From NCBI GenBank assembly GCA_002633005.1, contig NMRA01000004.1:114353-178352 (forward strand): a stretch of 64,000 nucleotides of DNA. The letters are read 5' to 3'. The notes beneath the pieces were generated by a model. That model was not told the DNA's origin. It did no database searches and saw nothing but the letters and a program-made list of their open reading frames with translations. This stretch comes from Phoronis australis. Its lineage: Eukaryota; Animalia; Phoronida. Shown here in pieces: positions 50,401 through 58,723 of the stretch. Position 1 is the stretch's first letter. Each line of letters opens with the position of its first letter. A program made the translations under genes and the position numbers.

Positions 50401-50671
50401 TCCATATTTTTGTATAATGGCATTTCAGTGGAAGTCAAGGTATCGTCTTTAATGTACTGGTATTATACCAAGTACCATCGTCTTTTCTAATGACCTTAGA
50501 CCCACTCTTCTTGCCGTTTGTGTACAATGTTACATTAGACTTTGGTGTTTCAGCTACATCGGACGATTCAGTGCCGCCTCAACTGCTACAGGCAACAAAC
50601 AAATGCACATGTTAGAGCTGACCCAGTTCCTGCACCATGCTATGGATCTGACTCCAGACATCCACATCTAA
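14212..50671 (+). CDS. OGDH: 2-oxoglutarate dehydrogenase E1, mitochondrial; whole gene span (19 coding exons per mRNA, 1004 aa)
   Basis: All junctions GT-AG with matching phases; exon lengths sum to 3015 nt; motifs FLNGSS, KRFGLEG, GMPHRGRLN, DVKYHLG, HGDAAF...NNQ (ThDP-binding), [14 protein letters not shown]. Confidence 0.97.
16485..17120 (+). mobile_element. Helentron/HINE (DINE-1-like) non-autonomous element: 5' inverted repeat, GTCC microsatellite, tandem 117-145 bp core repeats
   Basis: atgcgcccac...gtggacgcgt hairpin, tccgtccgtcc, recurrent atgaaatttgg and cctagtgg units; same 5' end at 63921. Confidence 0.7.
17373..17544. repeat. 27-bp minisatellite (gacttaacacccaattccaatttatac), about 6.4 copies
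   Basis: Directly visible; explains the repetitive LTPNSNLYD and KSYKLELGV ORFs. Confidence 0.95.
18120..18433 (+). pseudogene. Degenerate HIRAN-like domain gene inside a transposon-like remnant
   Basis: [14 protein letters not shown]...[53 protein letters not shown]...[14 protein letters not shown]; NPxDxxAxxV...VGxhP pattern; stops and frameshifts present. Confidence 0.65.
19057..19415. mobile_element. Palindromic insertion (about 140-bp arms, 23-nt loop) flanked by 15-bp direct repeats; Penelope-like remnant
   Basis: Arms 19070-19210 and 19234-19371; ttaactttataccaa at 19057-19071 and 19401-19415; decayed hammerhead-like core in the arms. Confidence 0.7.
20234..20562. repeat. Foldback-like element: about 100-bp inverted arms built from 21-bp subrepeats
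   Basis: 20234-20333 pairs with 20372-20471; extra cgtgtttgtgagtccgt-type units continue to about 20562. Confidence 0.85.
23076..23255 (+). CDS. OGDH: OGDH coding exon 2
   Basis: ctgtag|TCA TGG GAT (SWDAFFRN...[15 protein letters not shown])|gtatgt; 180 nt. Confidence 0.95.
25787..25889 (+). CDS. OGDH: OGDH mutually exclusive exon 3A
   Basis: cactag|[35 protein letters not shown]|gtaggt; 103 nt, phase 0 to 1; not in ORF track. Confidence 0.88.
26541..26643 (+). CDS. OGDH: OGDH mutually exclusive exon 3B
   Basis: gactaac branch point, cattcag|[35 protein letters not shown]|gtaaga; 103 nt, phase 0 to 1. Confidence 0.9.
27113..27188. repeat. 24-bp tandem repeat x3, each with internal hairpin ggtcacat-c-atgtgacc
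   Basis: agttggtcacatcatgtgacctat units at 27113, 27137, 27161. Confidence 0.9.
30152..30405. mobile_element. MITE copy 1 (TIR cagggcttggaat), 6-bp TSD ataaag
   Basis: 13-bp TIR; ataaag on both flanks. Confidence 0.85.
31471..31798. mobile_element. Dispersed MITE-like repeat; inverted relative at about 59893-60201
   Basis: gtgcctgtgccttctga and ggacctcgttcatcc match the reverse complement of tcagaaggcacaggcac...ggatgaatgagggccctg. Confidence 0.6.
32201..32432. mobile_element. MITE copy 2, TSD gatagt/aatagt
   Basis: Same TIR and internal sequence as 30152-30405; TSD matches 5 of 6. Confidence 0.85.
32588..32688 (+). CDS. OGDH: OGDH coding exon 4
   Basis: ttgcag|GT GAA CAG ([34 protein letters not shown])|gtacta; 101 nt. 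Confidence 0.95.
32737..32961. mobile_element. MITE copy 3, TSD atcttg
   Basis: TIR cacggcttggaat / attccaagccgtg; atcttg on both flanks. Confidence 0.85.
34479..34882 (+). repeat. Degenerate ~64-bp tandem copies of the exon-5 acceptor and exon start, with nested 17-bp repeat
   Basis: gatatc-type pseudo-exon starts at 34534, 34583, 34647, 34704, 34721, 34738, 34755, 34819; real exon starts at 34883. Confidence 0.85.
34883..35037 (+). CDS. OGDH: OGDH coding exon 5
   Basis: ttacag|[16 protein letters not shown]...[10 protein letters not shown]|gtatat; 155 nt. Confidence 0.95.
35601..35747 (+). CDS. OGDH: OGDH coding exon 6
   Basis: [21 protein letters not shown]...GMPH AG|gtgagt; 147 nt. Confidence 0.96.
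35993..36263 (+). CDS. OGDH: OGDH coding exon 7
   Basis: [13 protein letters not shown]...[10 protein letters not shown]...[31 protein letters not shown]|gtaagt; 271 nt. Confidence 0.96.
36730..36858 (+). CDS. OGDH: OGDH coding exon 8 (ThDP-binding motif)
   Basis: [21 protein letters not shown]...HIVVNNQ|gtaact; 129 nt. Confidence 0.96.
37408..37587 (+). CDS. OGDH: OGDH coding exon 9
   Basis: [20 protein letters not shown]...DVVIDL|gtaaga; 180 nt. Confidence 0.96.
38907..39059 (+). CDS. OGDH: OGDH coding exon 10
   Basis: [22 protein letters not shown]...QEFE|gttagt; 153 nt. Confidence 0.96.
40381..40600 (+). CDS. OGDH: OGDH coding exon 11
   Basis: [14 protein letters not shown]...DWLDSYW...FKVHR G|gtagga; 220 nt. 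Confidence 0.95.
41275..41425 (+). CDS. OGDH: OGDH coding exon 12
   Basis: GITRILKGR...[34 protein letters not shown]|gtatgc; 151 nt. Confidence 0.96.
41482..41750 (+). repeat. Two decayed tandem copies of the 3' half of exon 12 plus its donor
   Basis: Copies end at 41570 (ttcag|gtgcgt) and 41724 (gtaag|gtgttc); translations align with exon 12. Confidence 0.75.
41990..42117 (+). CDS. OGDH: OGDH coding exon 13
   Basis: HRHHVLHHQ...[11 protein letters not shown]|gtaagt; 128 nt. Confidence 0.96.
42431..42609 (+). CDS. OGDH: OGDH coding exon 14
   Basis: GFEVGYS...WEAQFGDF...LPHGYEGM|gtaacg; 179 nt. Confidence 0.96.
43183..43254 (+). CDS. OGDH: OGDH coding exon 15
   Basis: [24 protein letters not shown]|gtaagt; 72 nt. 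Confidence 0.96.
45340..46775 (+). mobile_element. Degenerate HINE/Helentron-like tandem array with recognisable 3' end
   Basis: Recurrent tgtatctcc / gaaatt / tccgactac units as at 16570-17120; ends gtgggtgcat (complement of 5' atgcgcccac) + hairpin caacgct-a-agcgttg + ttcttgt. Left boundary approximate. Confidence 0.65.
45877..46068. mobile_element. Second palindromic insertion with 13-bp direct repeats and a hammerhead-like core (Penelope-like remnant)
   Basis: Palindrome 45888-46016; cagatgtgttcct at 45877-45889 and cagacgtgttcct at 46056-46068. Confidence 0.65.
48405..48530 (+). CDS. OGDH: OGDH coding exon 16
   Basis: [42 protein letters not shown]|gtgagt; 126 nt. Confidence 0.96.
48943..49179 (+). 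CDS. OGDH: OGDH coding exon 17
   Basis: ttctag|[19 protein letters not shown]...CSGKIYYEL...ARVEQ|gtatgt; 237 nt. Confidence 0.95.
49874..50037 (+). CDS. OGDH: OGDH coding exon 18
   Basis: ISPFPFD...[19 protein letters not shown]...KPHI AA|gtgagt; 164 nt. Confidence 0.95.
50554..50671 (+). CDS. OGDH: OGDH terminal coding exon 19
   Basis: tttcag|[42 protein letters not shown]; possible polyA signals ATTAAA 50838 and AATAAA 51337. Confidence 0.94.
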
Positions 50672-51589
50672 ATCTCTTCCTTTTAAGGTCATGTCAGATA
50701 GTTGAAATATTACACAATAGGTGGCAGGCCATGCCAGACCTAGGAAACTTTATACTGTTGGTCCTGAAGATGAGATTTGATCATATGCTATTTTTATTTG
50801 ATAACTGCCTACTTAGATGTTTGTTTTTCCAGCTGACATTAAAAGGTTTATTAATTTTAAACTATATTTATTTCTGAAACAACTGCTGTGTGTTGTACCT
50901 GCATTTTTGCAGATTTTTGTTTATTCAAGATTGTCCTGAACACATGAACATTGTGATTTATAAATTTGTTTCACCAACCTGCTCTGTCAGTGGACTTCAG
51001 ACATTCTTAGAAGTTAGCTGTAATCACTCAGTTATGAAAAATGACCGATACCACTTCAATACAAATTTTGTAATTCTGCTTGTCAACTCTTTCATTAGGC
51101 TGGTGCTTCGTAATGCAATGCTAATTTAATCGGTAGCCATTTTACACGACTCCCTTTACTCATTTGATGCATTAAGAGTGAATTGTTTGTGTTTGTTTCT
51201 CTGACCAGTTTGTCTCTGTTTGTTATGAATTATTAACAGTGCACAAGCATGCCTTAGAGATTCTGGGAAATCAAAGTGGCGTTTATGCTGTTGTTTTATT
51301 GTAGGCGAGTGTGTTTGGTTAAATTGAAAGGTGATAAATAAACCGAATGAATTTTAAGACTTGTTTTTATCATTTCTTTGCTTTCACTCATGCATATGCG
51401 TGGACGTATACACAGATTGTACTTGCCACTGTTCAGTGCCCGTTGCATGAGGTATAGTACCAATAGGGGTTCAAATATACTCCCCTGAATTTTCAGTGCA
51501 TTTGTGGACTTTGTGCTATTGTCCTTCCTCCAACTATTTTGTGTTGATTGCTTCACAATGTTTTGATACACGGCAACAGTAAACTCTAC

Positions 51590-52359
51590 NNNNNNNNNNN
51601 NNNNNNNNNNNNNNNNNNNNNNNNNNNNNNNNNNNNNNNNNNNNNNNNNNNNNNNNNNNNNNNNNNNNNNNNNNNNNNNNNNNNNNNNNNNNNNNNNNNN
51701 NNNNNNNNNNNNNNNNNNNNNNNNNNNNNNNNNNNNNNNNNNNNNNNNNNNNNNNNNNNNNNNNNNNNNNNNNNNNNNNNNNNNNNNNNNNNNNNNNNNN
51801 NNNNNNNNNNNNNNNNNNNNNNNNNNNNNNNNNNNNNNNNNNNNNNNNNNNNNNNNNNNNNNNNNNNNNNNNNNNNNNNNNNNNNNNNNNNNNNNNNNNN
51901 NNNNNNNNNNNNNNNNNNNNNNNNNNNNNNNNNNNNNNNNNNNNNNNNNNNNNNNNNNNNNNNNNNNNNNNNNNNNNNNNNNNNNNNNNNNNNNNNNNNN
52001 NNNNNNNNNNNNNNNNNNNNNNNNNNNNNNNNNNNNNNNNNNNNNNNNNNNNNNNNNNNNNNNNNNNNNNNNNNNNNNNNNNNNNNNNNNNNNNNNNNNN
52101 NNNNNNNNNNNNNNNNNNNNNNNNNNNNNNNNNNNNNNNNNNNNNNNNNNNNNNNNNNNNNNNNNNNNNNNNNNNNNNNNNNNNNNNNNNNNNNNNNNNN
52201 NNNNNNNNNNNNNNNNNNNNNNNNNNNNNNNNNNNNNNNNNNNNNNNNNNNNNNNNNNNNNNNNNNNNNNNNNNNNNNNNNNNNNNNNNNNNNNNNNNNN
52301 NNNNNNNNNNNNNNNNNNNNNNNNNNNNNNNNNNNNNNNNNNNNNNNNNNNNNNNNNNN
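51590..52359. other. Assembly gap (770 N)
   Basis: Run of n; ORFs spanning it are artefacts. Confidence 1.
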
Positions 52360-52894
52360 CATTCCAACCCCCCCCCCCCACTGCTACTAAGTCACTTAAT
52401 GGATCTCCGTGAAATGTGTTAGATGTGATCCTATTGAGGCAACAGTGCGACGCATAATTGGTTGTTTGAGTCTACTACTAATGCCACTTAGTGGCGATTT
52501 TAGCATCTTGGTTCCATATTCGTCATTTGCCCATCTATCGGCCAAATGCCTCACAGCATCACGACCATGAAGTTTCAGTGATATTCTATTGACAAGAACA
52601 TGGCTCGAGTTTGATATTTGGACAGATTCAAAGAACATTCCCTTCACCTTCATGTTCATCAACAAATTCATTGTTGGATTGAGGTGAAAATTGAGAGGTA
52701 TTCCGTTACTATTGACAAAAGCATCATGGATGCCGGAGATTTTCAGATATATGTTGGAGTACTGCTTTACCCCCTAGTCACCATTTTAATGTTTATGTGC
52801 CTTCTTATGTAAACTACACAACTCCTTGAAAGACATTTTCAAAAACTTTGTAGGTATCTTCCTGTCCTGGATGTGACACTGCTAACGGGGTTTT

Positions 52895-53255
52895 CTGTAG
52901 ATAAGCCCACCCGATCAAACAGCCATGGGCATTTATTCGGAAAATTATGCCCAATAAATGCTCATGGGCATTTATTTGGTGTTTCAACTTGTGGTGTCAA
53001 GTGTCCAGTTACTGGGGCATTTATTCGGAAAATTTCCTCTTAAAAGCCCACTAAACGTCAACTTTTACTCACAAATTCAGTTTTGTGGAGCATTTATTAT
53101 AAAAACAAACAGTGCTGGCAAAGTATGCATTTATTGACATAACATTTAAGAACACATTTTTAAGTAAAAAATGTCAAAGTCAGGAAACCTACGACTTTCT
53201 GTTTACAGGCCCCCCTTATCCGAATAAATGCCCTTGGGCTTATCCATGGAAAATC
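52895..53255. repeat. Transposon-end-like block with repeated gggcatttattcgg motif in both orientations
   Basis: gggcatttattcggaaaatt twice, ccaataaatgctc, ccgaataaatgccc; resembles motifs at 1215-1400 and 18485-18528. Confidence 0.5.
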
Positions 53256-54898
53256 CCAGTATTGAATGTCCAGCTCGATTCCATGACCACTGTGTCCCCT
53301 AGAAGCAATTTTAGTTTTCATGCCAGCCTATGTATCTACCACATTCCTCATCTGATTTTCATGGAATTGGAATTTTGCTAATAGTTTTCTGTTTTTGTGA
53401 CGACACCCATTTTCAGTGGGATTCTAAGCAATCTACATCCCCTATTGGCCACTTTTACAATTTTGGCGTTTGCCTCAATCTGCCAAAACACTTGCACGAA
53501 CATTTTTAAAGATTTGTTGTTATCGAGACGATCACAAATGCCTGTACCTTAAGATCTACCAAGTTCCTTAATCAATCGTACAATTCAGTTAGTGTTCCAG
53601 TCGAGGCGAGCACACCTTGACTCGTGTGTGCATTTCAATGGTTTGCTTTGCTCTTTTTTATACCTGCATCAATATCTAATCATTTTGGAGAAGGATCGTT
53701 GTGAAATTTGATTGATTGTGTTCTGAGAACTAATGGCAGTTTTACTTTTTCTGTGCTTGCTTCAATATCAACCAAGATTGGCAACTTCTTCAAAGATGAT
53801 CATGGAACTTGATAGATGTGTTCGTGCCGAGAGCATGACTTGAGCCGACCTTGGAAGGATCCATCTACTGCTCCCAGTCTTGTTATAGTTTACCTTTTTG
53901 CGTCTGCCTCTGTCCCAACCAAGTCCTTTGAAGGAACTATGTGTAATTTGACACAAGTTTCAATAAAGGCGTCACCTGCCCTGGCATGTGGTGCTCCCCA
54001 GTACATTTTAGTGCATCTTTTTCATATCGGTTTGGAGAATGGTTATAAAATTTGATGCATATTTGTCTCGACTTAAGCCTTAGTGACGTTGATCTTGTTT
54101 GTGAAGATGAAAGAGGCCTTGGGTTAATTTTCGAATGAAACCCTCTGGGGCTGTGCCCCTGGTTGGCAACTCAACTTTTTGTTTTCCATCTCTTCAAAAC
54201 AACTGATGGCTGTTTAAGAGTTACTTTTAATAGAAAGATGACTTGTGTTACATTTTAGACAACTACAGCCAAGCCTTCTGGAGGTATAAAACAGATTCTT
54301 TAATCTTGCTCTTTGGTGGGTTTAGTTGGTACAATGAGCTGGTCTTGTACAGTTTGTGGTGTACTAAGATGACACATAACAAGGGTTTGCATTACACTTG
54401 TGCTTTATCCTAAACTTCACGAGACAGATGTAGTGAGCTATAAACTTATGTTAGCATTTAAAGGACGTAGGTAACCACATACAACAGACTCGTCCAGAGT
54501 ACCCACCACTCGACAGGTAGATGAAAGAAATTCTTTGGGTGTGTGCATGTGCAATGTCTATGTAGAGCCAACACAACTAACTTTTTCAACTAGCACTCTA
54601 GAAGTCTTAATCATCAGAGTGCCGCTCTCTATTGAGCTATGCACTTCACGTGCATTGATCATCTTTGACATCGATAGTCTAAATCAGGGCCTCGAATCCT
54701 GAATGAATCGAACTCTTGTATCGACCAAATGTTTATTGGTGAAGAAAATATCTAGCTTTTCAATTGTCTTGAACTTGTGCACAATTAACAGATGTCACTC
54801 ACATTGCATGCACTTTAACTGTTAAATTTTCACTTAAAGAAGGATAAATCAGCTTTGCAACCAAAAATTTCTAGCACAACCACTGAAACATGTCATCT

Positions 54899-56359
54899 TT
54901 ATAAATCAGAATCTAGACATTTTTTCTTCAGTGGTGGCTGACCATCAATGTCTCTTACGTCTCCAAACAACACACTTGGTACAAGATCAAACTGCACGCA
55001 CATCATGTCTTTGTTTGGTGCCACGTTCCTCACAAATCTCACTTGATCCCGCTTCACGGACAAGCCCAAGACACCATTTACTCGGTTAGCAACATCAGTC
55101 GTCTTGTCTTCAGCATTGCTGAAGCAGTAACAGTACACAGAAGGGTAGCGAATCTTCGAAGCATCAACACCATTGCAGTCAGCAAATAGATCAGCAAACG
55201 CATCTAGAAATTCAATTGCAAGAGCAGGAAGATTCATGATAATATGTATTTTAGCGTCCGCATTTTCAGTCCATATGTTCAACATTGACACTTTGACAAC
55301 ATTTCTTATGAAAACGCGTCCATCGACATTGTATGTGAAAAAATCACTCTTGACTTTATTTGATGACATGTTAACTTTGAGCCACTTGTATGATTCAGGG
55401 TTGAGATCATTTGCGTGGACGATTGCTCCTTTCTTAGCAGCAGGCACTGCAAAAGGACCCACACCAGCAAACACATCAAAGACAATGTCTCCATGCTTAA
55501 TGATTTTCACTATTCTATAGTGCTCGGTACTGAGCCTCGAGTTCCAGTAGACTTTAGAAAAGTCAAATTTGAAAGTAGCACCATGCTCCTTCACTGTAAC
55601 TTCCATGTCATTTTCACCAGCCAATAACTCCATTTGGAAATTCCTGTAGACATTGTCGATACTCTTAATCTTATTGACAACAGCTTTTGCAGTTGAATTT
55701 TTGTCTAAAAGAACTTCGCCTATCAGAAATTTGTAAGGCTCGTGCTCTGCTCTCAAATTCAAATGTACAATATGACCAATGTTACTGAAGCCAGCAACAC
55801 TCTCTACATCTTCTGGAAGTACTGCTCGCAAAATTTCATCTGCTTTCCAGTTGTCGTATTCTAGCAGTAAATGCTTCTGTTTCAATGTTAAGTCCACATT
55901 GAATTTGCCAAGGTCCAACCTCTTGTCCTCCGAAAAATCTGTTAGCTTTGTTCCAGGTAATAACAAGATCATTTTGCAGCTGTCAAAACATGGGTCTGTC
56001 TTATCCAGTTCTACGACTGGGCTAACTTTTGGTAATTTTAGCACAAACGGTTTTATTATTTTCATGACCCTGGTCATCGTTTTCATCTCAACTTGTAATA
56101 CAGGAACATCAATTTTCAAACGAAACATGTTCCGATCAAGTTTTGTCATTCCACGAACGGCATCCGGGATCTTAATAGATGATGTACTCGAGTCCATCAT
56201 TGTGGACAAGAAAGTCGAACAGCGGGAGAACGTATTTTTGACTTGGAAAACAACGGGACGTCTAGGACCAGGAACAGCAAAGAAATTGGTTGAATTGTCA
56301 AAATGAATGCACTGCTTGCATTTCACAAGTCTAGAAAATAATTTGCTCCATCGAATCAT
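54899..56359 (-). CDS. TRMT5: tRNA (guanine(37)-N1)-methyltransferase Trm5, single-exon CDS, 486 aa
   Basis: GHIVHLNL, FDFSKVYWNSRLSTEH, DVFAGVGPFAVPA (SAM-binding), NDLNPES, IMNLP; uninterrupted ORF. Confidence 0.96.
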   Translation of the reverse strand: MIRWSKLFSRLVKCKQCIHFDNSTNFFAVPGPRRPVVFQVKNTFSRCSTFLSTMMDSSTSSIKIPDAVRGMTKLDRNMFRLKIDVPVLQVEMKTMTRVMKIIKPFVLKLPKVSPVVELDKTDPCFDSCKMILLLPGTKLTDFSEDKRLDLGKFNVDLTLKQKHLLLEYDNWKADEILRAVLPEDVESVAGFSNIGHIVHLNLRAEHEPYKFLIGEVLLDKNSTAKAVVNKIKSIDNVYRNFQMELLAGENDMEVTVKEHGATFKFDFSKVYWNSRLSTEHYRIVKIIKHGDIVFDVFAGVGPFAVPAAKKGAIVHANDLNPESYKWLKVNMSSNKVKSDFFTYNVDGRVFIRNVVKVSMLNIWTENADAKIHIIMNLPALAIEFLDAFADLFADCNGVDASKIRYPSVYCYCFSNAEDKTTDVANRVNGVLGLSVKRDQVRFVRNVAPNKDMMCVQFDLVPSVLFGDVRDIDGQPPLKKKCLDSDL

Positions 56360-56609
56360 TTGAAAGCGTCATAGCTGAATGGTGGCTGACAAAACTTGCA
56401 GAGCAATAGTTTAAACATAACATGCAAAATTGACATAAACCGGAAGCGTGCATGTCAGGGGCGACTTTACGGCATGTCGTAATCCGGCCAAAGTCGGATG
56501 TTTCCGCCGACTGATGTACCGGGAACTTGTGACTTCTCGTCATAGGACCATGGACATCGGAACTCGGCAGCGACACGGCATCACTTAGAAATGAGCAGCA
56601 CATTTCGTT

Positions 56610-56863
56610 GGCGGCGCAGCACTGAAAAAAGTGGGGGGGCTAAAGAACCCTCAGCCCCCTGTGGCGTACCGCCCAGTATAGACAACTGCGCGGCGTAGAC
56701 TGAAAAAGTGGGGGCTATGGCCGCCCCCCGGCAGCCCCCTGTCGATGGGCGGCGCAGCACTGAAAAAAGTGGGGGGCCAGAGCCCCATCAGCCCCCTGTG
56801 GTGCATCGCCTATAGACCATGTGCGGCGCAGCACTGAAAAAGTGGGGAGCCGGCCAGCCCCCT
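56610..56863. repeat. Four GC-rich tandem units (gcggcgcagcactgaaaaagtggggg...cagccccct) between TRMT5 and USP31
   Basis: Units start at 56611, 56690, 56749, 56823. Confidence 0.85.
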
Positions 56864-57943
56864 ATAGTATCATAGCGGTACTCACTCCGCCGGCATACGG
56901 TGCTCCCCGGCCCGGCGCCCCATCATGTTTACGTAACAGCATTCACATTAGCTAGCTCCACCTTGAATTTGTCTACATGCACTCATCACAGATATATATA
57001 TGCAATATTGATCGCTTAAATGACAAAATAACCGTAGTGAAACTATGCCACCGACACCTAAGACTGCCATGGACAGGCATTATTTTCGCCGAACCGAGGC
57101 CAAAAGCAGTTGTTAGAAAACAGTATTTCAGATTCCAGTCAATCTTACGAAAAAGACCCTACAAAAGTGTGTCTGGAAGCCCCGTCGATCGCTACAGTAA
57201 ATTCACGGCGAATAATTCCCCATGATGAACTGCGAACGCCTTCCGCCGTTCAACAGTTCTACATGTTTGGAACACGCGCGTTTTCACGTTTGCGTGGTCA
57301 AAATTGATGCTAAAACGAGGTATTGTGTCCTGAACAATAATGCACAGCCGTCTCTTCGCAGCATTAAATTACAGTAAGCTGTCATGTGCACTGGGATCGA
57401 TTCAGTAATGGGTTGGCCGGAGTCCTCTCTCTGAATGGATAGTTTCAACTTGCAGAAAACACGGGTAATGCTGCTATCATAATAAAGTTTTGTTGTCACC
57501 AAGTTCAACTAAAATGAATCGGTCGGCCAGCCTCACGCGGCGGTATACCTATCCCCGGCTTCGTCTGGCCGCCGGGCTGACGGATGAGTGTATCACAAGG
57601 AATTTTTCATTTTTCTTTGCCGAACTCTCTATATTCTTTTTACCCTGGGTGGGGATCGCTAATCCTAAATCCGAGCTAGTAATTCAGTTGTTAGAAGTTT
57701 ATTTCAACTGACATTAGTGGTTACGGACAAATGAAATGGGATCCGAATCGACTGCAAGCTGAAGCAGACATCGGCACGCGAGTTTTCCCGCAAGAACATT
57801 GTAAACAACCTCGTTTTGAAGTATATTACCCATCATTCAACATTGCAATGTCGCCGGTGTTTACTATCAATAGGGAACTGTGGTCACGTCAGATTCATGT
57901 TCCTTCTTAAAAAATACTGTGATTGTTGAAACTGTTATCCAGA

Positions 57944-58723
57944 ATGGTTGATAGAGTGCCCGGTGGGCGCCGGTCAATGGATTCTGTGGAAATTAAGTTA
58001 GGAAAGGATGCAGAAGGCAACGTTCCTGATTCGCAGCCAGATCCGAAAAGAGCAACTGCGAATGAACACTTAACATCGTCGCAAATGCTTACCGATTCTT
58101 CCAGCGCTGTTGGGAGATCGCGAACTGTGGACAGAAAGAAAGTTCTTAGAAAACCATCAATAAAGTCCGTGGGTAATTTCGTTAATAAAGTTGTGAGACA
58201 GGTTAACTCGCTAACTCTTAAACGAAAGCCCAGGAGTAGCAGTCTAAGTCGTGTGGATCAGTCGAGGGAAAATGGAAACTCGCAACGAGTGTACACTGTG
58301 ACTAATTCGGATGGAGTGGCAAAGGTGAATGGCAAGATACCTGGAATATCTGGAATCCGTAACCACGGAAATACATGCTTCATGAACGCTGTACTCCAGT
58401 GCCTTAGTAATACAGATACATTGGCGGAATATTTTGTCACGGATCTATATAAAGAGGATGTGCTTAGACATAATAAAAGCAATGCCAAAAAATTTGGAAC
58501 TAAAGGAGAGTTGACGGAGCAATTTGCACTCCTGCTTAAAAGTATATGGTCTTGCCAGTACTCTCCAGATATCTCTAATGAGTTTAAAGTTGTTGTGGGA
58601 AGGTATGGGAGTCAATATAAGGGCTACTCACAACACGATGCTCAGGAGTTTCTACTGTGGCTTTTGGACAAAGTACATGAGGATTTAAACATAGCAAGCA
58701 AGAAAAAGTACCGTGCTAACAAG
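57944..58723 (+). CDS. USP31: Ubiquitin-specific protease USP31/USP43-like, first coding exon (no later exon found in window)
   Basis: Cys box GIRNHGNTCFMNAVLQCLSNT; QHDAQEFLLWLLDKVHEDLN; SVGNFVNKVV resembles the USP31 N-terminal segment; donor AAG|gttagt. First ATG 57944 (alternative 57977); the track start at 57923 is TTG. Confidence 0.88.

Noticed and set aside
51296-52390. Long ORFs of 258-361 aa
   Set aside because: They consist almost entirely of the N gap.
52396-52812. ORFs beside the gap with weak primase-like words (HSLHLH, IDKSI)
   Set aside because: Too short and motif-poor to support without a profile search.
54560-54645. tRNA-like sequence on the minus strand (TAGCTCAATAG A-box)
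   Set aside because: No intact B-box or cloverleaf; at most a decayed SINE head.
55173-56306. Plus-strand ORFs of 70-175 aa overlapping TRMT5
   Set aside because: Antisense shadows of a real CDS; no independent motifs.
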